This document shows, piece by piece, positions 38,645-48,791 of a DNA stretch of 64,000 bases. This DNA is from an uncultured archaeon. GTDB lineage: Archaea; Thermoplasmatota; Penumbrarchaeia; JASLWR01. The position numbers and the translations under genes are program-made. Location: positions 1 through 64,000 of the forward strand of contig CAYSHM010000011.1 of assembly GCA_964430885.1 (NCBI GenBank). Reading direction: 5' to 3'. The number at the start of each line of letters is the position of its first letter. Positions within the stretch are counted from its first letter, which is position 1. The notes beneath the pieces were generated by a model. It was not told the DNA's origin, ran no database searches, and was given only the letters and a program-made list of their open reading frames with translations.

Positions 38645-41600
38645 ATGCCCTTATCTGACAGTGAGGACCCCGATATGAATGGTTCATCGAGGGACCCGCC
38701 AGGCTCTACAGGTTCAAGAAGCATATTGGGAATAGTAAAAGAAAAGCTCACAAGTGAAAGGTCCAAGATGATATTGAAAACCTATTATCTTCCAATAACA
38801 ATATTCTTGGTGCTGTCATTGCTTATTCATCGGAAACTGCTTTTTACAGACGGGATGATAGTCAATGGGGATATGGTTCGCCCACCTTCCCTTGGAAGGT
38901 ATTTCGGTTATTTTTATCCAATGTGGAACGAATTTGACAGTGTTACTGTGCTGTCCCGGCTGCCTCAGCTTCTGTTCTACGCCCCTTTTTTTGCTTTATC
39001 TTTCCTTTTTGGACTGGATACAGCTGGAATGGTAATGCTTGTTCTGATATTCATAAAGGCACTTGCAGGAATATCCATGTACTTTTCTATCAGGTATTTA
39101 CTGAAGAAGACCTTTAACTTAGAAGATGATGAAATAAAGGGTCTAAAAATCTGGGCAGCTTGTCTTCTTCCGGCCCTTCTTTATATGTGGAGTTCCTACG
39201 GGATATACCATGCATTTCATCCTGCCATAATGGCAGCTTATGCTCTGGGTCCATTGATGTTCCTGACCCTTGTGAAGGGTATAAACGAGAGGAATCCCAA
39301 GATGCTGATCCTTGCAGGGTTTCTATGGAGTGTATCATGTGGGGCCGTCCATTGGACCATTTACGGGCCGCTTCTGCTTCTCGGATACATTTTCTATAGT
39401 GTCGTCAGAAGGCTTATTGCCATAATTATCCGGAAAAAGAGCAGAGCGGAAAATGACCGTAACAAGAGAAGTGATTCAAAGAAGTATTTTATTACCCATC
39501 TCAGCTCTCTTTTTATTCTGTTGGTCAGCTTTGCAGGTTTCTCGGCATACTGGCTGATCCCGGGTTTTTTCATGGGAGGTACAGGCCGTTATTCCGGTAC
39601 AATGGACGCGTCCTCATTGGAAATGAGCTATGCTCGCTCTTCGATCATGGACATATTTACCAGATATTCATCCCATGCTGTTGAATCGGATATCTATATG
39701 TCCCAATCTGCCTTTGCGAACGGTGCAGGTTTTGAGGGAATAATCACAATTATGGGTATTTTTGTTTTTCTGGTCGCCATATCGGCCATTTTTATGAAAC
39801 CCCGAAACAGATATGTTCAGTTCTTCTTTATTTTCGGATCATTGATAGTTCTACTTACCGTGTTGGTTCATTATTTCCCTTCGACTGGTAATTGGCTGAT
39901 AAATAACGCTCCTTTTTCAGGGATATACGGCTGGTCTCTAAGAACGCCGAAAATATCCCAATTTATTGTTCTAGCTCTCTCCTTCCTATCTGCTTTCAGC
40001 ATATACCTTATCCTCCAAAAGATAAAGGGAATGAATATAAAGGTCAGGGTCGTACCGAAAACCCTAAGTCTTCTCTTCGTGGTATTGCTGTTGACTTCCG
40101 CAGTATTGCCCAACTGGCCTTATGCAACCGGTGATATGAACGGAGCTTATTCCCATGTGGAGATGCCTGATGAGTTTCAACAAGCCAATCAATGGCTTTC
40201 TTCCAAAGAAGGTGATTTCAAGGTGCTGTGGATACCTTCTTACAGCGGCCGGAATGTATTCTGGAACAAGGACCACCGGACCTTTCGAGATATTGCTTCC
40301 CTTTCTTCTTCTCAACCTACCTATCACTACGATACCGCCAATATGGAGCCCAACGGCTATGGAATATATTATCTCGAATCAATTATCTCCGATCTCGATC
40401 CCCACTCACTCCTAATGGCAAATGAAACCGTGAATTTGGGGAAGATAATAGCACCCTTGGGAATCCGATATCTGATCTTCCATAATGACAATGGAACCTA
40501 TGTTGACCCTGAAAAAATTATCAATAATATTGAATCACAGGAAGACATGCAATTGATCAGGAGTTTCGGATTTATCCACATTTTTGAAAACCTTGCATTT
40601 ACAAATTCTTTCAAAGAACATTTCTCCATTTGGGACCGCAGTTCTTTTTTCATGGGCGATATGTCCTCACTTTCAAATCTTTGCTCCATTGATGATTTTG
40701 ATCCTTCAAAAAGCGGTTTGATATTTGGAGAGCAGAAGGGCTGCGATATCGAAGAATTTGATGAACTGGTGGATGAAATTATTCTCACGAAAGGAAGAGT
40801 TGCTGATGATATTCCATTTACTTTCATAGATGAGAAATACCTTCTCGAACCCGGGAAATATGCAGGTTCGGATTCTCCGGACGAGACCTGGCAGGGTTTG
40901 GATATGAAGGATATAATGACCTTCAGAAATCAGCGCTGGGGAGGTTTGAAGGCTTGGGACTGGGGATACGGGGCCACTGTTGCACATACCTGGAACACAG
41001 GAGATTTTGATGAAGAAATGGAATTGGGAGAACATCAACTTTATCATTCCTTGGACATGGAGGACGGGACTGGATTATTTTCAGTGCAGACCGATAATAT
41101 CACCCTGGAAAATCCCGAGAGATCAACTTCCGGTAAGTTTTCTCTTTCAGGCACTCTGCCTATAGGAAGTCCTCTGGATGACCAGATAATTGTATCAGAT
41201 ATAATGCTCATAAAGGAAGGTTCATATAGATATAGAATGGCCTTTGATCTAGAATGCCAGGATGTTTTCAATTTTCAATTCGTAGTGAAGTTATTCGATA
41301 CTGATAAAAATATAATTGGAAGGGAGTTCCTTCTATCACAGGGAGGTAGTTTTAATTTCAAGGAATTCTATGATGATATGGAGTTTCCATCCAATACTGT
41401 TTATTACCAGATCAAGCTGAAATCAAACAATGATCCTTACAAGGAATCCAATTGGTACCTGGACAACATCCGCTTCTACGATCTTGAAGAATTAATAGTT
41501 CCCAATACTCTGGAATTTGATTTCAATGTTGCTTCATCGTCGGAATATGATATTTTCATCAGATCTCACTCTGGAATGAAGGGCGGAAGGTTTAGGATTG

Positions 41601-44254
41601 GGATTGATGAGACCTATAAGGAAACCATTGAAACCTATTCTGAGGACAGCAGCTTTCAGTGGGGCTTTTTAACCCGTAAAATTTTAGAAAAAGGCACCCA
41701 CAGCATCAACTTGGATAACCTGGTTGGATATAATGCTGTGAATTTGATAGCGGTAATTCCAAGCTCGGAACTGGAAGTGCTGAGAGCGGAGCTTCAATCT
41801 CTTCTAGAGAACAAACCTATAACCGAGATATATACCTTGAGCGGTGAGGAAAAATTGGATTATGGAAGCCCTCTGAAACTTCATCTGGATGCCCCTCAAA
41901 CAGCGGATTATTCCTTGATGGTGCGGAGTCAGGACGGTAGGATTTCCGGACAGCTTTTATTGAAGTCGGGATCTGACAGATTCCAGATGCTTTCGGGGGA
42001 TGAAATTGGCAGCAATGGGATGTTGCAGAGTGATGAATTTCCTTCCTATGTTTGGAAGAATGAGACCATCAGCACAGAATCATGGGAACTGGAAGCATCC
42101 ATGCCCTTCGAGGAGGACTGGGTGCATTCACATGAATATAACGGCAGCTGGTCCCAGCCTTTGAATGAGACGATCATAAACGAGGCATCAACCAAGAATT
42201 ATGTTCACAACTGTTCATTTGAGAGCGGGTGGAATCAGTCTATGTTTATTCCTGAAAACTGGACCGCTCCGGCAAATGGTTTTCAGGTTTCACTGGATAC
42301 CAAAAACTCTACTCATGGAAAAAATTCTTTGATGATCACCTCCAATGAATCATTCCAGGGGGAATGGAGCAGTATGGAGGGTCAGCTTCCTGACCTCATG
42401 GAAAATGATACGTATGTTATTGGAAGCGATGTGAGGTTCGTCAACACCAATAAGAGCCACATTAAAATCCAGGGCTATTCAGAAGAGGCGAATAAATGGA
42501 AGGATATTGGTAATCTGCTGACAAGGTCACAGGGTACTGGCAGTTCAGATTGGATGGAGCTTTCCAAGGAGTTCACAGTTCCATTGAACATTTCTGAGAT
42601 CCGAATGAAATTGAATGCAGGAAGCAAGCTCGATCCAATGGGGCCTGATGCGGTGTTTTGGCTCGACAATATTTCCCTTTACCAAAATAATGTCAGCATC
42701 GAAGTTGAAACAATAAAATTCACTGCTGAAAATGATGGGTCGAAGCACACCCAGGGAGCTTATTCACTCATGGTAACTACAGACTGCACTGATCCTAATA
42801 AGTGGAGCTCAATGGAGAGCTACAATATTCCTGTTGCTGGAGGTGCCGATTACCTGGTTGATATAGATGCCAAGTTCAGCAATACAAATAAATCATTTAT
42901 CAAACTGCAGGGCTTGAATAGTTATTCAGGCGAATGGGAAGATATTAAGAGCATTGTGTCCCGTGAAGACGGGACCGGGTCAGGAGATTGGATTACCTAC
43001 AATAAGAGTTTCATATGTCCTATAAGTGTCACCCATATCAGGCTAAAGGTTAATTCCGGCAGTGTATTGGATTTGCAGTCAGGAAACGCTACCACTTGGC
43101 TCGATAACTTCGCCTTGGAGAAGCATGTTCTCAGCACTTATCAGAACCCTGTTTTATCCCTTAACTATCATAGCCATGCTGTGGGGAATGATACATCCAT
43201 TAAGGGTATCAGCACGTGGTATTATATTCCTTCAGTTTCACTCCTCCAAGGAGCAAATGAACTTGACATCGAATCCTTGCCATTGGGTCCCTTTGTCTTT
43301 GGATCATCATTTGAGGATATTGCGAAGGGACAGGCCTGGACTTTTAATGATGGAAATGAACTCGACATAACCACCTCCTCTCAAATGTCTAGCAAAACTG
43401 TTTTACCTTGGTCTGCGAGACTTGACCATGGTAATTTTACGCACGGCGATCATTCTCTGAGTCTGACAGGTGATAGGGATGGGAATGATGGAGAATGGAG
43501 CATAATTACCAGGGACCTTCTATTGGATAAGGCTGGCGATTATTACTTGAGCCTCGATACACGCTCCACCGAAAGCGGAGGGATATTCGCCCGCATTGCG
43601 GGGTTCAATATTTCCAGTTCCCATTGGGAAGAACTAGTGATAATTCAGGGCAGTGAAGGAACTCCTTTGGAATGGAGGGAGTTATCAGGAGGTTTATTCA
43701 TTCCAGATCACATATCCCGCATCAAGATATCTTTAGGTATGAATGCATCAATGGATGATAATGACGATGATTTTTCCATTTGGTTCGATAGCCTGAGATT
43801 CAATTTCCTGGCTTTAAATCAGGACACATCAGCCTTTGATATGGCGATTCTTCATTCAGAAACGGACGTGAGAATTCCTGAGGACATATTTGACCATGAA
43901 AGCTTAGCTGAAATCCTGTATACTGAAGAGATTTCCCCCTTGAAGTACAGGTTAGATATCACATCCGGCGGACCATTCATTCTGTCCCTAAGGCATACCT
44001 ATGATGAGTATTGGGTTGCCCGTGTTGAAGGCGGAGGTGACAGTGAGAGTATAGCTGTCCAAGGAATGCTGAATGGCTTTTATATCAACCGGACGGGGAA
44101 CTATACAGTTACAGTTGAGTATTTACCCCAAAAATGGTCCGTCAATGGAATTTACGTAACTATAATTTTTGTATTGGCTTTGGACATCTGCCTTCTATTT
44201 TGCCGTTTTGGACCCCTTGGGCCCTGTAGAATAAAGAAACGAAAAGGGGTCTAG
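38645..44254 (+). CDS. Giant multi-TM GT-C (AftD/YfhO-like) membrane protein with four CBM4/9-like beta-sandwich repeats and C-terminal TM
   Basis: About 12-13 N-terminal TM segments with GD loop; FKVLWIP, LGIRYLIFHND; repeats ending W[LF]D[NS]; YDEYWVA, LNGFYI and terminal TM. Confidence 0.65.
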   Translation: MPLSDSEDPDMNGSSRDPPGSTGSRSILGIVKEKLTSERSKMILKTYYLPITIFLVLSLLIHRKLLFTDGMIVNGDMVRPPSLGRYFGYFYPMWNEFDSVTVLSRLPQLLFYAPFFALSFLFGLDTAGMVMLVLIFIKALAGISMYFSIRYLLKKTFNLEDDEIKGLKIWAACLLPALLYMWSSYGIYHAFHPAIMAAYALGPLMFLTLVKGINERNPKMLILAGFLWSVSCGAVHWTIYGPLLLLGYIFYSVVRRLIAIIIRKKSRAENDRNKRSDSKKYFITHLSSLFILLVSFAGFSAYWLIPGFFMGGTGRYSGTMDASSLEMSYARSSIMDIFTRYSSHAVESDIYMSQSAFANGAGFEGIITIMGIFVFLVAISAIFMKPRNRYVQFFFIFGSLIVLLTVLVHYFPSTGNWLINNAPFSGIYGWSLRTPKISQFIVLALSFLSAFSIYLILQKIKGMNIKVRVVPKTLSLLFVVLLLTSAVLPNWPYATGDMNGAYSHVEMPDEFQQANQWLSSKEGDFKVLWIPSYSGRNVFWNKDHRTFRDIASLSSSQPTYHYDTANMEPNGYGIYYLESIISDLDPHSLLMANETVNLGKIIAPLGIRYLIFHNDNGTYVDPEKIINNIESQEDMQLIRSFGFIHIFENLAFTNSFKEHFSIWDRSSFFMGDMSSLSNLCSIDDFDPSKSGLIFGEQKGCDIEEFDELVDEIILTKGRVADDIPFTFIDEKYLLEPGKYAGSDSPDETWQGLDMKDIMTFRNQRWGGLKAWDWGYGATVAHTWNTGDFDEEMELGEHQLYHSLDMEDGTGLFSVQTDNITLENPERSTSGKFSLSGTLPIGSPLDDQIIVSDIMLIKEGSYRYRMAFDLECQDVFNFQFVVKLFDTDKNIIGREFLLSQGGSFNFKEFYDDMEFPSNTVYYQIKLKSNNDPYKESNWYLDNIRFYDLEELIVPNTLEFDFNVASSSEYDIFIRSHSGMKGGRFRIGIDETYKETIETYSEDSSFQWGFLTRKILEKGTHSINLDNLVGYNAVNLIAVIPSSELEVLRAELQSLLENKPITEIYTLSGEEKLDYGSPLKLHLDAPQTADYSLMVRSQDGRISGQLLLKSGSDRFQMLSGDEIGSNGMLQSDEFPSYVWKNETISTESWELEASMPFEEDWVHSHEYNGSWSQPLNETIINEASTKNYVHNCSFESGWNQSMFIPENWTAPANGFQVSLDTKNSTHGKNSLMITSNESFQGEWSSMEGQLPDLMENDTYVIGSDVRFVNTNKSHIKIQGYSEEANKWKDIGNLLTRSQGTGSSDWMELSKEFTVPLNISEIRMKLNAGSKLDPMGPDAVFWLDNISLYQNNVSIEVETIKFTAENDGSKHTQGAYSLMVTTDCTDPNKWSSMESYNIPVAGGADYLVDIDAKFSNTNKSFIKLQGLNSYSGEWEDIKSIVSREDGTGSGDWITYNKSFICPISVTHIRLKVNSGSVLDLQSGNATTWLDNFALEKHVLSTYQNPVLSLNYHSHAVGNDTSIKGISTWYYIPSVSLLQGANELDIESLPLGPFVFGSSFEDIAKGQAWTFNDGNELDITTSSQMSSKTVLPWSARLDHGNFTHGDHSLSLTGDRDGNDGEWSIITRDLLLDKAGDYYLSLDTRSTESGGIFARIAGFNISSSHWEELVIIQGSEGTPLEWRELSGGLFIPDHISRIKISLGMNASMDDNDDDFSIWFDSLRFNFLALNQDTSAFDMAILHSETDVRIPEDIFDHESLAEILYTEEISPLKYRLDITSGGPFILSLRHTYDEYWVARVEGGGDSESIAVQGMLNGFYINRTGNYTVTVEYLPQKWSVNGIYVTIIFVLALDICLLFCRFGPLGPCRIKKRKGV

Positions 44255-44269
44255 AGCGGAAAATTGATT

Positions 44270-45634
44270 TTATATCTCAGTACTATCCAGACTGTTTTCG
44301 AGTGTTTTCTTGTCTAGAAAAAGGGTTAAAAGCAGTATTATTGCAGATATTGCAATGTTTGATGCAAGGAATATCAAAAGAAAAATCCATAGTGTTTCGG
44401 AAACAGTGTAAAGTATCACCAGCTCGGTGATGGTGAGGATCAAGAAGGTATGGATGACTAATAACTTCTTTTTAGCTAGATTATAGTAGATTAAAAGGGT
44501 GGTTATTGAAAAAAAGAAAATAGTAAGGGCATATACGGGCAGGTATTTCTCCGCGCCTAGGAATTCCCTGCCGTAGACCAGTCTCAGCACGGTCGCTGGA
44601 AAAAAAGCCAGGACTGAGACCGCAAGACCTGCCAGCAGTATTGTAAAACCTAAGCTCTTAAGAAGTAGTTTTTTTTGATTATCATAGGTATTGAGTCCCT
44701 GAACCACCTTTGGGAACATAACGGTGGCCACGGCCATTGGCAGGAAGAATATTATTTTACCGAAAATCGAGGCGGCAGCATATAGACCAGTGTCCTGAGA
44801 GAACAGGTTTTTTACAAGTAGAACATCTATATTTGTGGGGGTCATTATACAAATGACCGAGAGAAATACCGGCAGGGAAAAACTTGATATGTTTTTGAAA
44901 TCCAATTTTTCATTCCTGACCTGATTCTTTATTTGGTCTGCTTTCTTTTTTCTGTATTGGTAACAATGTATTAGTATAAATGAAATAACAAGGGCGGTCA
45001 GCTGTCCCATAACGATACCGCTGACAGCTCCGTAAATACCCATTCCAATAAGTACCAGTGCAACGCCTACACCTAATTTCACAACCGCTTGGGAAACATT
45101 GGATGCGGCCAGGGACCAGAACCTCTGTGAGCCCTGCAGGAACCCCAGATTCACTGGCAATACGAATGATATCAGCAGTACAGCACCCACTGGGACTATC
45201 ACAAATACAGGGGACATATGCAGGAATTCCCCGATAACCCTGCTCATTACGCACATTACAATAAATCCAGTAAATGCGAACGCAGTCAGATAGAGAATCA
45301 TTTTTCGATATAGTTTTTCAATGCTCAGATTATCTCCTATAGATTTGAAACGAGAAATATACCTGGCTGCAATAAGTTTGATTGTCCTGCTGGATATTGA
45401 AAAAATAAAAAAAGATAGTGCGAAAACAGCACTGAAATCCCCATATGTGTCCTTGCCCAGACTTCTGCCCATGATTATATGATAAAGTTGGTTCAACAAC
45501 CCTGCGGTCATTGTAGCCAAGATCATTATGGTTCCCGATCTATATAGATCATCTGATTTCAATCTTGATATCAATCCCACAAATTCGTTCTCCGTATTCG
45601 ATTTTGATCCATGAAAGGTTTTTGGGTTGGTCAA
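44270..45634 (-). CDS. Wzx/MOP-family oligosaccharide flippase
   Basis: About 12 TMs; GRSLGKDTYGDF, GFLQGSQRF, NIDVLLVK, GLYAAA, VMFPKV. Confidence 0.88.
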   Translation of the reverse strand: MTNPKTFHGSKSNTENEFVGLISRLKSDDLYRSGTIMILATMTAGLLNQLYHIIMGRSLGKDTYGDFSAVFALSFFIFSISSRTIKLIAARYISRFKSIGDNLSIEKLYRKMILYLTAFAFTGFIVMCVMSRVIGEFLHMSPVFVIVPVGAVLLISFVLPVNLGFLQGSQRFWSLAASNVSQAVVKLGVGVALVLIGMGIYGAVSGIVMGQLTALVISFILIHCYQYRKKKADQIKNQVRNEKLDFKNISSFSLPVFLSVICIMTPTNIDVLLVKNLFSQDTGLYAAASIFGKIIFFLPMAVATVMFPKVVQGLNTYDNQKKLLLKSLGFTILLAGLAVSVLAFFPATVLRLVYGREFLGAEKYLPVYALTIFFFSITTLLIYYNLAKKKLLVIHTFLILTITELVILYTVSETLWIFLLIFLASNIAISAIILLLTLFLDKKTLENSLDSTEI

Positions 45635-45829
45635 TTGACAGCCGTGTAGGACCGAGACATGATGAAAATGATTTAATCTTTACCTGATTCTCTACCAAAT
45701 AGGGTCAAAATAAACGTAGAAATGTGATATTTATATACCTAAAAAGAGACAATCGGGTTGAATTATTAAGTATTGTTCAGCCAAAATGGTAATTATTGGA
45801 CCTACTGGAAAAAAAATTTATATATATAA

Positions 45830-48631
45830 TTGACCTTAGAATCAGGTATGAGAAGAGCAATAGCTGTCGGATTAATTTTAATTCTATGCATTAACGGGGC
45901 TAACCTATTTTTTCTAACTGCTGCCGAAAACGGAATTCAAACCATCGAACCTCAGGAGAGCTGGGTACTTGAATTGGATAATCTGGTTTCAGGGGATCGG
46001 ATCATTTGGAGTTGGAGCGTTGACGAATATCAGCTTGATTTCAGTCTAGTAGATCCCAATGATGGTATTGGCCATTATGATATATTAGATGAGGATTCGG
46101 ATTCGGGTTCTTTTACGGTGCCCATGGACGGTACGTGGACCCTATCATGGGAGAATACCATGGACCCCTCTGCTTCCTATGATTATTCAGTGGAGCTAAC
46201 CTGGGATGTGGAAGTTGAACCCAGGAATATACCACCTACTGCCATTATCCTCAATTCCGAGACCGATGGAACTGCTCCTCATACTGTTGTATTCAACGGT
46301 TCTGGTTTGGATATCGACGGTGAGATAGTATCATATCATTGGGATTTTGGAGAGGGTAATGAAAGCAATCAGCGCAATGTTACCTACACTTTCGATAATC
46401 CCGGTAAATATGTGGTCACTCTGAATGTTACCGATGACAGACTGGGCTATGATGAGACCAATGTGACAGTAAATGTAAATGAAGCCCCCGCAGCGATCTG
46501 TACGGCAGATCCTCTAGTGGAATATGTGGGTATGCCTATCCAGTTCACCGGATCAGGAACTGATAACGACGGGACCATTGAGAGCTATCACTGGTGGTTC
46601 GGAGACGGCAACGAGAGCACCACCCAGAATCCCGTCTTCTCCTATGAAAGACCCGGCACCTATACTGTGGTACTGAACGTAACAGATGACAAGGGGGCAA
46701 ACGGAACCGCTTCTTTAACAGTGACAATACACGGTGTGGATTCGGATTGGAGTATGGGAGTGTATGAGATAATGCTGCTAGATGGATATGAGGTGAAATT
46801 CAGTGTCATTCTTCTCCAGTTCAATCCTTATGCACTTCAGGATATTGTTCAGAAGGTTGAATGGGATTTCGGCGACGGCCAAACAGAGGATGTTATAGGC
46901 ATGTACGGGCTTGTCATCCACAAATATGCCGTGTCGAATAAATACAACTTCAAATGCAGGATCTACCTCAAGAACGGGTTGGTCAGCGATTGGCTTGAAG
47001 GCTCGGTTTCACCTTTAGCCACAGGGCAGAATTATATCTATCTGATCCTCGGTCCGATGGAATGGTCCGATGGCAATCCTATGAGTGGAGTTCAGGTTAC
47101 TCTGAATGGTGATACTAGGGCCTCTTACACCAAAACAACCAATGAAGGCGGTATAGCCGTTTTCGAAGATCCTGTGGATTTCGGAACTTATTCATATAAG
47201 ATAACAAAGACCGATGACGGAAAGACAGTTACCATATTCGAAGGTGATTTTACAATAGACGCCAATACCACTAACAACGCTACCTGGGCGCCCCAGGGAG
47301 TGGATTTTGAATCACCTTATACCGAAGATGAGTTCGATGAGCTCGCAGGTTTCAAGGAGATCCAGCCCCCTGAGGAGAAACTCGAACAGGTGGAAGAAAA
47401 GTTCTTGGAAGATGTTCCCAAGGACCTCTATGTGGGCGATAAGAAGGTATCTGCCACTGTGAAGAAGGAAGATGATGACACAGTGACCCTGGACCTTGAT
47501 AAGGCCAAGGGAGTAAAGCTGGATAAGAACCAGCCGGTTGAAGTGGACAGCGACGGTGACGGTAAGAATGATATGGAGGTCACCTACAAGGGCGACGACA
47601 GCCAGGGAAACCCAATATTGATATTTGAGGAAAAAAAGGCCAGTAGCGATACGGGTGACGGTGGTAATACCCTTGTCATTGTCATTGTAGCTATAGTGGT
47701 GGTTTTAATTGTTCTAATGGTAATACTCTTATTGGCCAGGAAGAAATCTTCTGAGGATGAAGAAGAACAGATGGATGATGAAGAAATTGCGGATGAAGAG
47801 GAGTATTATGAAGATACCGAATTAGATGAATCGCAGGATTACGATTTCAAGGATGATGAACTGGGGGATGTAGAGGTGGTGGACCATTCACTGGCTGCAT
47901 CTGATGGAGCAGTTGCCGAATTCGGGAAACAGGAGGAGGCCCAGTATGAATGTCCCGAATGCGGGGCTATGGTGGGTGAAACTGCATCTTCCTGTCCTGG
48001 CTGCGGTGTGCAGTTCTATGAAGAAGATATGGAAGAAATGGTGGAGCTTGAAGCTGAGGAAGAGGAGAGTGGAGAGGTAGAGGACGTGGGCTCAGCATCC
48101 GAAATGGAAGAATTGGAATCTTTGGATGAGGGCAACTCGGAAGCTCAAGATGACTATCAGGAGGAAGGGATGGTGGAGGATTCCTTAGTAGAATACAATG
48201 GCGAAAGTAATGCTTTGGATGAGTTTGGAGAATTGGATGATCTCTTCGATGATGAGGGTCAGCAAGAGGCTGATGAGGCCGATGGCTTGGATGAAGATGA
48301 TGAATTGACCATGGACGATATAGAAGAGGCTTCTGAAGAGGAAGGCGGGGATTTTAAAGCAGAAACTGATGATATGGTAACGGTCGAAGAGGATATGGAA
48401 GAGGATATGGAAGAGGATATGGAAGAGGAAATGGAGGAATCAGAAACCGAGGAAATTTCCCAAGAAGTGATGGAAGGAAGTGACGTCACTGCTGAAGATT
48501 CCTCGGAAGCTCAAGAAAGTGACACCCACGAAGATGAAGACGAGGAAGAAGATGATGTGGGTGATGATACAGAAAGTGACGATGTAGAAGACATATTCTC
48601 TGATCTGGACGACTTGGACCTGTGGGAATAG
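45830..48631 (+). CDS. Single-pass surface protein: PKD domains, TM, cytoplasmic Zn ribbon and very long acidic tail
   Basis: Signal peptide; WDFGEG/WWFGDG/WDFGDG PKD motifs; TM followed by RKK; CPECG...CPGCG; >250 aa D/E-rich tail. Confidence 0.82.
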   Translation: MTLESGMRRAIAVGLILILCINGANLFFLTAAENGIQTIEPQESWVLELDNLVSGDRIIWSWSVDEYQLDFSLVDPNDGIGHYDILDEDSDSGSFTVPMDGTWTLSWENTMDPSASYDYSVELTWDVEVEPRNIPPTAIILNSETDGTAPHTVVFNGSGLDIDGEIVSYHWDFGEGNESNQRNVTYTFDNPGKYVVTLNVTDDRLGYDETNVTVNVNEAPAAICTADPLVEYVGMPIQFTGSGTDNDGTIESYHWWFGDGNESTTQNPVFSYERPGTYTVVLNVTDDKGANGTASLTVTIHGVDSDWSMGVYEIMLLDGYEVKFSVILLQFNPYALQDIVQKVEWDFGDGQTEDVIGMYGLVIHKYAVSNKYNFKCRIYLKNGLVSDWLEGSVSPLATGQNYIYLILGPMEWSDGNPMSGVQVTLNGDTRASYTKTTNEGGIAVFEDPVDFGTYSYKITKTDDGKTVTIFEGDFTIDANTTNNATWAPQGVDFESPYTEDEFDELAGFKEIQPPEEKLEQVEEKFLEDVPKDLYVGDKKVSATVKKEDDDTVTLDLDKAKGVKLDKNQPVEVDSDGDGKNDMEVTYKGDDSQGNPILIFEEKKASSDTGDGGNTLVIVIVAIVVVLIVLMVILLLARKKSSEDEEEQMDDEEIADEEEYYEDTELDESQDYDFKDDELGDVEVVDHSLAASDGAVAEFGKQEEAQYECPECGAMVGETASSCPGCGVQFYEEDMEEMVELEAEEEESGEVEDVGSASEMEELESLDEGNSEAQDDYQEEGMVEDSLVEYNGESNALDEFGELDDLFDDEGQQEADEADGLDEDDELTMDDIEEASEEEGGDFKAETDDMVTVEEDMEEDMEEDMEEEMEESETEEISQEVMEGSDVTAEDSSEAQESDTHEDEDEEEDDVGDDTESDDVEDIFSDLDDLDLWE
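48386..48433 (+). repeat. 12-bp coding tandem repeat (EEDM x3 + EEEM)
   Basis: gaagaggatatg x3 then gaagaggaaatg. Confidence 0.85.
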
Positions 48632-48791
48632 AACTAATAACGTCAACATCTGAAATGATTCATTGGAGATATACATATCATCAGGATAAGTTAGGTTCCA
48701 CCCTTGCAATAACAGTAGAAAAACCTAAGCAAATAAATCATTTTTTTGTTCCAGAGTTAGAATTTCAAATTTTTCAAAGAGGTGAAGCGTA

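Noticed and set aside
45659-45690. ATGATGA...CTGA resembling a second C/D sRNA
   Set aside because: Only one C and one D-like box, with no C'/D' pair and no terminal stem; lies in a divergent promoter region.
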